Shown one piece after another: positions 27,525 through 38,974 of a stretch of 64,000 bases of DNA (position 1 is the first letter of the stretch; every line of letters begins with the position of its first letter). The notes below the pieces were generated by a model. The model saw nothing but the letters and a program-made list of their open reading frames with translations. It did no database searches and had not been told where the DNA came from. The translations under genes and the position numbers were made by a program. The DNA is from Octopus sinensis (taxonomy: Eukaryota), in assembly GCF_006345805.1 (NCBI RefSeq), contig NC_042998.1, positions 112,220,001 to 112,284,000 of the forward strand, read 5' to 3'.

Positions 27525-28890
27525 TATAACTTAATAGCACCGCCTGGTGAAGTCTTTTCGTCATATATGGGGCACCATGGCCCACTCTAGCAAAGAGTTA
27601 TTATTGTTGGAGACATACCCGGGTGTAGGAAGTTGGTCCGGGATTTTTTGAAGGTATTTGTCCAGTGAACTTTTGAATTTCATGGGATCCGTTTCCGTCT
27701 TGATGTGTTTTGGTGCGGTATTAAAGAGAGCTGGACCGGCTGAGATAGGGTAGTTGTGAGGTAGTGTTGTTATGGGTCCTGAGTTCGATTTTTGTAGTGG
27801 GTGGATAGCACGGGGGCCAAGTCTTGGGTGGATTTTAAAACTGATGCCAACATCATTTGTGCAATATTAATGGAATACTTTCCACATCACACAAATGATG
27901 TAGCGTTCCCGGCGGCGTTGGAGAGAGTTGAGATTGAGATTTTTTAGTCCACCCTAATAGTCAATGCCTGTCATGCAGTCTATCTTTCTTGTTATTGATC
28001 TCTGGAGTGCTTCCATTTTCATAATGAGTTGCTTCGTATGGGGAGACCACAGTGGGCAACACTATTCAAGGTGAGGTCGGGTAAAAGTAGAGTTGAGAAG
28101 GATGATGGTGGGGCATCGCTAAACCGGACAGTTCTCAGAATCCAGAAGCACATCTTGCGGGCCAAGTCAATCTTGCTGCTTTTACGCGTGAACTCCAGCT
28201 TAGATTGTTATCAACAATTACTCCAAGGTCTCCGGTGTTGTTGGATGACACTAGGGAGTCACCCAAGGGAAGAGCATATGGTAGCTTTAGAGTATCCTTT
28301 TTGCCGAAGTGGATCAAATTAAACTTATCTTCATTTAGATTTTTTTTGCCCATTGGACAACAGCAAACAGATCTGACTGAAGGCATGCTTAGTTTCCCAT
28401 ACCGTTTATGGCTTTCTGGAGTTTCAAATCATCTGCAAATATTTTCAATGTCGAATGTTTGATGACGTCTACTATGTCATTGATGTAGATAATGAAGAGG
28501 AGTGGGCACAACGCAGCACCTTGTGGGACACCACAATTGCTTTCGGCTGAGCTGGATCGTATTCCCTCAAACACAACACGTTGGGTTCTGTTCATCAGGA
28601 AACACTTTATCTACAGCAGCAACAGCTGTCCACGGACTCCAATGTTGAACAGTTTCTTCAGCAGGTTTTTGTGATCCGCTCTGTCAAATACCTTGGTGAA
28701 ATCAAGTAATATGAAGCAGTGCTGGAGCCTTCTCACAAAGCTTTTTAGATGTCATCAAAATGGTGAAGAAGCTGCGACAAGCAGTCCCTGCTATGACGGA
28801 AACCATGCTGGTTGGAGTTCAACAGATTGTTGTCTTCGTAGGAGTGAGTTATTCAATATCTCACCTCCTTCTCAAATAATTTAATGATAT
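27525..28890 (-). mobile_element. CR1-like LINE 3' fragment (reverse transcriptase)
   Basis: RTQRVVFEG...GVPQGAALCPLLFIIYINDI...KIFADDLKL, frameshifted, with a C-terminal LDKYLQKIPD-like tail. Confidence 0.85.
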
Positions 28891-28979
28891 GAAAAGTGAG
28901 TGAAATCGGACGTTAGTTCAAGAGATTTGTTTCCCTTTGAAGACTGGAATGACAGACTTGAAATGTCTCTGTACATGTG

Positions 28980-29068
<89 letters not shown>

Positions 29069-29076
<8 letters not shown>

Positions 29077-29370
29077 AATCCAAACGGGAAAACAAAAAAA
29101 CAACAACAATGGAACAATTACAGTATTATTATTAATAGGCGCTCAGGAAATGGAAGCAGGAAGGTATGACGTTTCGAGCGGAGCTCTTCGTCGGAAACAT
29201 AAAGAAGGAAGAGAGAGGAAAGAAAGATCCCAAAGCGGGCAACAGGGATAGAGAAAAAAAAACGACTGGTGTTTACGAGTTACACATGGTGAAAGGCGGA
29301 AGTTTACGATAACAAGAGCAAAGTAGGTTTTTAAAGCCAAAGAGTGGAGACAAGGTTGGTAACGCAACAG
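29069..29370 (-). mobile_element. Penelope-LTR-like repeat with a hammerhead-like variant core
   Basis: Starts at (TA)n, and its first ~90 bp are duplicated at 15535-15622. Minus 29164-29198 reads CCGACGA-A-GAGC-tcc-GCTC-GAAAC-GTC. Confidence 0.45.
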
Positions 29371-29650
29371 ATGTGTGTGTATGTGTATATATATATATAT
29401 ATATATATGCATGTATATATATACATTCTTTTATTGTTTCACATGTTTCAGTCATTTGACTGCGACCATGCTGGAGCACTGTCTTTAGTCGAGCAAATTG
29501 ACCCCAGGACTTATTCTTTGTAAGCATGGTACTTATTCTATCGGTTCTTTTGCCGAACCGCTAAGTTACGGGGACGTAAACACACCAACATCGGTCGTCT
29601 AGCGAGGTTGGGGGGACAAACACAGGCACACACATACACACACACGCGCG

Positions 29651-29689
<39 letters not shown>

Positions 29690-30163
29690 CAATTTAGGAG
29701 TGACCCCAACAGGTCACTCGTCCACCAGAAAGAGCAGCCATAACTCACACCGCCAAGTAGTAGTAATTCAGAAATTAGGTGAAAATTTAAAAACATTTAC
29801 CCTAATTCATCTTTTAGACGTTGCAACGTTTCTGTGTCATTAATGATTAAATTAGCTTAATTAAATTAAATTAAGCCAATCTACCATAGGTTACACTTCA
29901 TCAGTAAAAGACCTGGGAGAGACAAATATACACGAGGCGTCTGTATCGATGCCTACGGGATATCTGACTTAAAATTTTCAAGACTGACGTATTCGCGCCA
30001 AACTTATCAGCAGTAATATAAACTGCCGATTCAATCTCAGAATTATTCAGAAAATTATCAATTAGTCAATTTAGGGTAGCAAAAAAATTCAATAGAAATT
30101 TATCGCAACCCTAAATTTTTGCTACCCTAAATTGACTAATTGATAATTTTCTGAATAATTCCG

Positions 30164-30166
<3 letters not shown>
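29690..30166 (-). mobile_element. Hammerhead-containing non-coding element with terminal foldback, in a (TA)n tract
   Basis: A ~425-bp unique unit followed by an inverted duplication (arms 30040-30086 and 30116-30161). (TA)n lies on both sides, the hammerhead is at 29810-29911, and an 8-bp hairpin gagtgacc/ggtcactc sits near the left end. Confidence 0.7.
29810..29911 (-). ncRNA. Type I hammerhead ribozyme fold
   Basis: Minus strand reads UCUUUUA-CUGAUGA-A-GUGU...(12-bp inner hairpin)...ACAC-A-GAAA-CGUUGCAAC-GUC-UAAAAGA. It has a perfect 7-bp stem I, a palindromic stem III (ACGUUGCAACGU) and a GUC cleavage triplet. Confidence 0.8.
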
Positions 30167-30216
<50 letters not shown>

Positions 30217-30409
30217 CGGGTTTCTTTCAGTTTCTGTCTACAAAATCCACTCACAAGTCTTTGGTCGACCAAGGCTATAGTAGAAGACACTTGCCCAAGG
30301 TGCCACCCAGTGAGACTGAACCCGGAACCATGTGACTGGTAAGCAAGCTACTTACCATACAGCCATTATTTACATTTGACGGGTATTTGTCCTCATCTTG
30401 TTTGTTGTT

Positions 30410-30455
30410 AACACAAAGTTTCGGCCGATATAACCTCCAGCCTTCATCAGGTGTC
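30410..30455 (-). ncRNA. Minimal type I hammerhead fold, likely degenerate
   Basis: Minus strand reads GACAC-CUGAUGA-A-GGCUG-loop-CGGCC-GAAAC-UUU-GUGUU. Stems I and II pair, but stem III lacks the expected G (GAAAC-GUH). Confidence 0.5.
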
Positions 30456-30502
30456 TTAGAGAAATTTCGAACCTCGGTTCTCATTCCTAAGGTATTTTTT
30501 GG

Positions 30503-30543
<41 letters not shown>

Positions 30544-30583
30544 TCCATTTAAACTTCCGAGCGATGCCGGGTACTTAGGCTAG

Positions 30584-30642
<59 letters not shown>

Positions 30643-30655
30643 GGAGAGAGAGAGA

Positions 30656-30812
30656 GAGTGGTTGTATACTGTCAACTTAACGTAACTGTAAGGGAATTAC
30701 ACCACCGCTGTTTAGCCCTAGGAAGCATCGACTCTTCCTGTCGGCTTCGACACATTCCTGTGTCCTTATGATTCCCTTACTGTCACGTTAAGTTGACAGT
30801 ATACAACCACTC
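30656..30812. mobile_element. MITE with 42-bp terminal inverted repeats
   Basis: gagtggttgtatactgtcaacttaacgtaactgtaagggaat versus its reverse complement at the right end, with 2 mismatches. Confidence 0.8.
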
Positions 30813-30864
30813 CATCGCCCCACCACCGTACATATCTCTATGAGATATTTAGAAATTTAATATT

Positions 30865-30928
<64 letters not shown>

Positions 30929-30930
30929 AA

Positions 30931-31235
30931 GAGATTTGCTGTATAAGGCCAAAACAAAATGAGAAGATACAAAGTAAGCTACAAAAGGAAAATAAAATAA
31001 AACAATACAAAACGAAGTTCTACTTTTGCCTTGTATTTCTATACTTCGAGATTCATCTGTACAACGACTTTTCCATCTCATGCATTTTCCAAATGTCCTG
31101 AAGAATGCATCATAGCACGAAATATAGAAAAACAAAGTAAAACAAGGTTAAACTGCAACTTTGTTTTCTGTTCTTTTCCTTTTGTAGTTTACTTTGTACC
31201 ACCTCGCATTGTTCTGGCCTTACACAACTAATCTC
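30931..31235. repeat. Diverged foldback element
   Basis: Arms gagatttgctgtataaggcc...tacaaagtaagctacaaaaggaaaa and the reverse complement near 31160-31235. Confidence 0.7.
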
Positions 31236-31354
31236 GTTAGAAGTTATACCACACAATACTTCACCAAAACTACCTAATCTTCCACAGTTGACAACAGTTA
31301 TCAATTGTGGAACATGTATGTATGTATGTTTCTGTATGTGCTAATGACGATGTC

Positions 31355-31630
31355 CTAAAAGCTCCACGAGACTCTGGCAGGGGATGGTGGTGATCCCTGC
31401 TGTACTCTTTCACAACAACTTTCTCTCACTCTTACTTCCTGTTTCTGTTGTACCTGTATTTCAAAGGGCCGGCCTTGTCACTCTCTGTGTCACGCTGAAT
31501 ATCCCCGAGAACTACGTTAAGGGTACACGTGTCTGTGGAGTGCTCAGTCACTTACACGTTAAATTCACGAGCAGGCTGTTCCGTTGATTCGGATCAGCCG
31601 GATCCCTCATCGTCGTAACCGACGGAGTGC
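31355..31630 (+). mobile_element. SINE body (family D, Nin/Deu-like domain)
   Basis: Contains ttaagggtacacgtgtctgtggagtgctcag...cacgttaa; a related minus-strand fragment lies near 48770-48880. Confidence 0.55.
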
Positions 31631-31714
31631 TTCCACACAATGACGATGTATTTATGTATGTACTAAGGGGTACCCAAAAGAAACCTGAGCTTTGCAATAT
31701 ATTTCATTCACTTA

Positions 31715-31920
31715 GTTTTACATGTTTACACTTTTATCGCCTTCGAAGTATTTTCCATTTGAAACAGTGCATCGGTCCTGGCGCGTTTTCCACTGTTCGA
31801 AGTCGGCAGTGTTGGAACTCTTGTTAAGCGATGCCTTTTAACTCCTTCCTTGTTTTTTTTTTTTTTCTTCACCTCTTCCACATCTGCAAATTCCGTAACA
31901 CTACCTTTCGTCACCAATGA
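31715..31920 (-). pseudogene. Mariner transposase C-terminal fragment
   Basis: FADVEEVKK, then frameshifted EQWKTRQDRCTVSNGKYFEGD. Confidence 0.7.
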
Positions 31921-32047
31921 TGATCTTCAAAAAAAGATGCGGATCAACTTCCAGCTGTTGTTGCAGTTCACGATCACTTGATCGACATTTCTCAATCCAT
32001 CTGTCTTTTGTATGTGTGTATGTGTGTGTGTGTGAGAGAGAGAGAGA

Positions 32048-32157
<110 letters not shown>

Positions 32158-32571
32158 TTGTACAATTATATATTTATGCATGTACAAACACATTTATTTT
32201 CTATCTACTTCAAACTGTTTGTTCTGCTGGAGGGAGTCAACATAAGACTTTTACACGCATGCGCATATCTGCAATACACACACTAGATAGTAAATATATA
32301 ATGACACAACTACTCACAGATATCTGGTTTTGTATATATGTGTGTATGAACGATATGTATATCCATGACAAGATATATATATATATATATATATATATAA
32401 GAGTGTGGGGGTGCGTTCGTGTGTATGTATACGTATAAATATATATATATATACGTGTATATATATATATATATATATACATATATATATTCGTATACAT
32501 ACATCTATATATTATTGATGTGCACAAGTATACATACACACGAACGTACGCACACGCACTCTGACACACAG

Positions 32572-32626
<55 letters not shown>

Positions 32627-32683
32627 GCATACAGAGAGAGAGAGAGAGAGAGAGCGAAAGGCAGGCAGACAGACAGACAGACC

Positions 32684-32728
<45 letters not shown>

Positions 32729-32747
32729 GTAGGTAGGTAGGTAGATG

Positions 32748-32854
<107 letters not shown>

Positions 32855-34074
32855 TATAAGTATAGCTCATTATTATAATTATAGTCATTATTAGCCATTC
32901 ATGAATGCATATCTACAAAAAAATTATTTTATCTTACAGATAAATATCGATTTGAATGCAAAATTAATGATTACTGAATTGCCTTACTTTAATAGACACA
33001 CTGTAATGGCAGCAGTACGTGTTTTTCTAGAAAAGTCATTGCCTCATAGCAATCAATTCAGTTCACTACGTTCGATTAAACGATTTAATGAAATAAAACA
33101 TAAAACGACTTACCTAAAATTCACTTGATATTATATTTAAATTCTGTTTTGAGAAACTGCAATGTGAACGTTAGAGTGGGCATGCAAGAACTTCATCACT
33201 TTTTCTCGGTACATCGGTTTTACAATGAAGAGTAATTAGAAAGCTTTTTAAAACTGTCTACTGGATGCGCAGGTATAGCAATGTCATTAAGAAGTTCGCT
33301 TCCAACGAGATGGTTTCGTGCTACTCAGCTCGAACATCGTGTTAAAACTGAAATTGGGTCGGCAGCGAACCTGTGCACTAGTTCATCGCAGGGAATGCTC
33401 CTGTTGTTATATAATAGCCTTAATCTGTTGCCCTGTTTAACCACACCACCTAGCGCAGTATGTGTATTTAAAGGAGTCCGCTCAGTCACAACTATTTGCT
33501 TCCGGCTGCTAGTTTAAGGATAATTTCCTACTCTTTTCCTCCCACCAGTTTCGTTGTTAATTGTTTCGTTAGCTGAGCCTTTAAAAATAATTTATACAGC
33601 AAACAACGCTATAGGAGTTTTTAAAAAGAAGTATATTGGTAATTGACAAAATCAATGTACGTTTTGCAGTTTATTCTGCAATATCTACCAACTAAACAGG
33701 TAATCGGAATTCGATTCTCCTCGATACGAGTGTCGTTAAGTATCATAGCAGTACCTCACTATTAAACGGGTCGAAAAGCTGAGTGAATATATAACATGGT
33801 TAATATAATAATCTACAAACGTGTTGTGTTTCAGTTTTATCTTATATTAGATTTGATCAAGTGGGCATATGGTCAAAGGCATTACTAATGTTTTATACAT
33901 CCAATGTGGTTCTAACTTTGGATGTATGTATGACAAATTTATATCCCCTTTAATCGTATTTTTCAACTCGCTATATTACACATGTGAGTTTCTACCATTC
34001 GAAGAGTTCTTCCCTGAGTTATTTCCCGTCGCACCTATATATAAGGTGACTGCTCCATCATCACAGATTATTGT

Positions 34075-34260
34075 TGCCCCCTTAAGCTTCCTCGTTGTTA
34101 ATGGCATTTCTGACTTCCCGTCTGTGACCTCCCAAACGACTACTTAATCCCGTTGCAGATCTGCATGCTCTGAAGCATAGATGACAGACAGACGTTGTAA
34201 TTTACAGTGCACTTCCAACTGTTTAGGTCTGCACACGCCGCATCTCTTCCATCGATATAG
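34075..34260 (-). mobile_element. Possible RTE LINE 3' remnant
   Basis: VCHLCFRACRSATGLSSRLGGH resembles the terminal zinc-finger-like motif of RTE ORF2. Confidence 0.35.
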
Positions 34261-35424
34261 ATTGAATGACAAATGAAGTCACCACAAAGAAACATTTGTA
34301 TGTTACTGGATTGCGGTGATAAACGTTTGTGCAAAACGAACACCACTCTCTGAGTCTCTGTTATTAGTGTCTAGTGACAGATGATTGGTAATCACATGAA
34401 ACTTCAGGTTTTACATCAGTGTCCCGTTCCTAGAAGGTTGTTGTGACATTAACTAGGGATCCCTCACTCCTGGTGTTTTACTATGTGCCCTGATACCAAC
34501 CAAGGGTATGTCTGCGTAGCCGCACTCGAACATCACATACGTTAATTAATCCATAGATGAAACACTCACAGGTACTATTACCCCGGGTCTGAGCAGATCT
34601 GGGGAAAAAAGTGGCTAAGAGGTCCCACATTCCTCAAAAAGATGGAATTCCAGTACCAAAGTAACACAACCAGATGCAGGCTGTATGATAAGTATTTGCT
34701 TCCCAACCACATAGTTCCGTGTTCAATCCCACTGCGTAGCACCTTCAGAAAATGTCTTTTATAGCCACGTGCCGACCAAAACTTTGTAAATCCGGTGTAA
34801 ATCTGCATCCAAATACTGTAGGAACAAACATTATTGGGGATGTAAATAGTTGCAAATGCGAAACGAGTTTGACGCACAAAAGATATAAAATGCATCTTAT
34901 GTTTATCATACCTGTACACACACACACACACACACATATAGGCGTGTATGTGTATGTGTGTGTGCGTTGTGAATGTGTGTGTGTTGTGAATATGTGTGTG
35001 TGTGCGCGCGCGTGTTGGAATATATGTGTATGTATGCGTGGGTGTCTGTCTACGTCTTTGACATTTCTTGTTAATGAAGGTACGGGAGAAAAAGCTGAAA
35101 TTGAAGGTGACAAACATTTGAAGATAAGCAATAGTTATTAAGCTAATCTTGTGAGTATGGCGACAGATCTTGATGCGCTTCAGTTTTGTGATACTTCCTC
35201 GCTAAACATATTGTTTAATCTGTCCTTCTTAGATCTGAGAAGGACTGAGAAAATATAGTTTTGTGTGAAGATTGTAATTGTTATTCTGTACATCTCTCTC
35301 TCTTCACATCACATATGAAATAAGTATGCATGCATATACACATGTATGTAATATCTATGTGTATGTGTATCAAAGCACATTTATGAGTGTGTGCGCGCGT
35401 GCGTGCGTGCGTGTGTGTTATTAA

Positions 35425-35610
35425 AGCGGTGAGTCTAACAAAAAACACTTTGATTTGTTGAGGAATTCTTCAGAGATTGCAGAAGTATGTTATACTGATT
35501 ATATACCGGTTTGCAGAGGAGAATGTGATTATGCTGATATAAAAATAAGCGCATAAACGATATAGAAAAATTCTCGAACGTAGCAAATGTATTTTGTTGG
35601 ACTCACCGCT
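35425..35610. mobile_element. MITE with TTAA target duplication (Kolobok-like)
   Basis: TTAA|AGCGGTGAGTCTAACAAAA ... TTTTGTTGGACTCACCGCT|TTAA. Confidence 0.7.
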
Positions 35611-36031
35611 TTAATAAAACATGATCACAAACCGTATGTATATGTGGTGTAATTTACTTTTTGTTGATATATAAGATGTTACCTGAAGTATGTGTGTACA
35701 CATGTATTAAACACGTTCGTGTCGAAAGAACTTCGCTTCGGAAATCCTCTCGGAAGAAGAATTCTCTTTAACTGCAATGTTTGTAAGGAGATATCAGCGG
35801 ACTGGCTTTTTCTTAGTAGGCTTTCAACGCCAGATTTGATATCCATGACTGATGAAGCATAACGACAGATAAATGCATGCATCATACAGCTCGATGACAT
35901 CGTTTATAAGGTCAGTGAAGTATATCTTTCCGAATACGGAAAATTTTCATTAAGGCAATTTTCGCAGCGAAATTCTTTCCCCGTCCGTGTGTACATGAAT
36001 GTGTTAAATGTAAGTCTATACAAAAGCGCGC

Positions 36032-36063
<32 letters not shown>

Positions 36064-36065
36064 GG

Positions 36066-36567
36066 TATATACAAATAGCATATATAGGTGCATGTGTGTG
36101 TGTATATATATATACATACATAATTATATATAGATATACATATAGACATAAATATATATATAGATGTATATATACACTATATATGTTTTTATACACATAC
36201 GCACATACACATACATACACCCACCCACACACACACACATACACACGTATATACAAATAGCATATATAGATGTATGTGTGTGTGTATATATATACATACA
36301 TATATATATATATATATATAGATATACATATGGACATAAATATGTATATAGGTGTATATATACGCTATATATGTTTTTATACACATACGCACATACACAT
36401 ACATACACACACCCACACACACACACGTATATAGAAATAGCATATATAGGTGTATGTAAGTGTGTATATATATACATACATATATAGATATACATATAGA
36501 CATAAATATGTATATAGGTGTATATATACGCTATATATGTTTTTATACACATACGCACACACACACA

Positions 36568-36570
<3 letters not shown>
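36066..36570. repeat. ~181-bp higher-order tandem repeat built from microsatellites
   Basis: gtatata(c/g)aaatagcatatatag recurs at about 36066, 36247 and 36428. Confidence 0.8.
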
Positions 36571-36611
<41 letters not shown>

Positions 36612-36979
36612 ATTCATACACACACACATACATATGCACGCATAGAAACGCAGACACAGGCGTAAAACCATAGACACACATCAACATATACCAACGTATA
36701 GAGACGTGCAGCGGTGCTGATGCTCGTGTGCCTCATGACAACTTACGTAAGCTTGCATATTTATGAATGTGTCTGAATTTTTAATATCTGTTTGATGCGA
36801 CTGAGAAAGATTTCCTGACAGGGTGAACATATGCATTCAAAATATTAATACGACACTGTCACAATAGTACACACAGACACACACATACACACACACACTC
36901 ACTCACCTCCGCAAACGCGCGTACGACACACGCACGTACGTTTATATACATGCATATATACACACATATATGTACACAT

Positions 36980-37036
<57 letters not shown>

Positions 37037-37088
37037 GCAATCACACAAAAGACATGAGCAGACAAACAGACAGACAGACAGATAAATT

Positions 37089-37182
<94 letters not shown>

Positions 37183-37191
37183 TAGATAGAC

Positions 37192-37274
<83 letters not shown>

Positions 37275-37664
37275 CAGATACATACATACACACATTCATA
37301 TTTTAAGCATTATTGTATATAATTTTTGAATTTATATAATATAAATCAGTATGCTACCTTTAATACACTATTTGTGTGTGTGCGCGCGTGTGTACGTCCT
37401 TGTGTGTATGCATGTTTATGCGTGTGGGTGTTTGCGTATGTGTGCGTTTGTGCATGTGTGTATGTATGTGCGTATGCGTGCGTATGAGTGTACTGCAGCT
37501 GAGGACAGCAGAGTCCTCCAATGCAAGCTATACGATATATCGGTTGCATATAGCTATATATGTTTATATAGATCTATACGTATGTCATCATTCAGTTTTA
37601 TTTCTGGATTTCTTGCCAACAGAGAAAGGGCCCGTTTCTACGTATGTATGTATGTATGTATGTA

Positions 37665-37696
<32 letters not shown>

Positions 37697-37699
37697 AGT

Positions 37700-37747
<48 letters not shown>

Positions 37748-37874
37748 GGTGACATTTTGTGGTCCGTGAAACAGAGTGGGTGTGGTGGAAATTGTACCCA
37801 TTTATATTGTGCAATTCCCTGACAAATTGCTACTCACCTTTGTTTCTTTGTTGTTAAGTAAATGGATCGTCAAC

Positions 37875-38385
37875 AAAAAAATTTTTTGAAAATTTTCTCC
37901 AAAAGTTTTTGAAAAATTTTTTTTAAATATTTTTAAAAATTTTGTTTAAAAACTTTTGAAAATTTTCCACAAAGAATTTAGAAAAGTCTTTTGAAAAATT
38001 TCCCCAAAAATTTTTATAAAATTTTTTGAAAATTTTCCTCAAACATTTTTGAAAATTTTCCCCAAGCATTTTTTTAAAATTTTTGAAAAATTTTTCGAAA
38101 ATTTTCCTCAAAAATTTTTGAAAATTTTCCCAAAAACTTTTTCGAAAAATTTTGGGGAAAATTTTCCAAAAGTTCTAAAATTTGGGGGGAAATTTTCAAA
38201 AAATTTTCAAAAAATTTTTCAAAAATTTTTGGGGATAATTTTCAAAAAATTTTTCTAAAATTTGGGGGAAAATTCTCAAAAAATTTTTAAAAAATTTTTG
38301 GGGAAAATTTTCAAAAAATTATTGAGAAAAATTTTCAAAAATTTGTTCAAAAATTTTTCGGGAAAACTTTGAAAAAATTTTTGAA
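37875..38385. repeat. Degenerate AnTn-run minisatellite
   Basis: Reiterated gaaaattttcc / aaaatttttg units over about 510 bp. Confidence 0.8.
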
Positions 38386-38403
38386 TCGCTGTTGTTTTCC
38401 ATA

Positions 38404-38767
38404 ATGCAAGCATGAAAAGTAAGATTCTTAAGATTATAAACCTGGAAAAGTACAGGACAAGTTATTACACCTGTAAGAGTATAGGACAAGCTATTACTTC
38501 AAGTAAAGAATAAGAAACTTTTTACTTAAAATATTGCAGCTAAAATTAAAATTTGAATATTAAAAATTATTTTATTATAGTTTTCAAATAACACTATACA
38601 TATTTAAGTACAATTTGGCTACTTTGGTGCAATATTTTAAGTAAAAAGTTTTTTATTCTTTATTTTACTTGAAGTAGTAGTTTGTCCTATACGTTTGCAG
38701 GTGTAATAACTTGCCCCGTACTTTTCCAGGTTTATAATCTTAAGAATATTACTTTTCATGCTTGCAT
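38404..38767. mobile_element. MITE-like foldback with ~140-bp arms
   Basis: 38404-38545 is the reverse complement of about 38625-38767. Confidence 0.8.
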
Positions 38768-38784
38768 TTTTCCATGTATATATA

Positions 38785-38875
38785 CTAGCAGAGATACCCG
38801 GCGTTGCCCGGTTGCATTCAATTGAAGAATTAGACTTTTCTGTTATATATATATGGATACACATACACACACACA

Positions 38876-38974
<99 letters not shown>

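Noticed and set aside
35849-35900. CTGATGA hammerhead candidate
   Set aside because: No downstream GAAA closes a stem II.
35904-36020. C2H2 zinc-finger-like TGKEFRCENC
   Set aside because: It lacks the His pair at correct spacing, is a single short match, and runs into a microsatellite.
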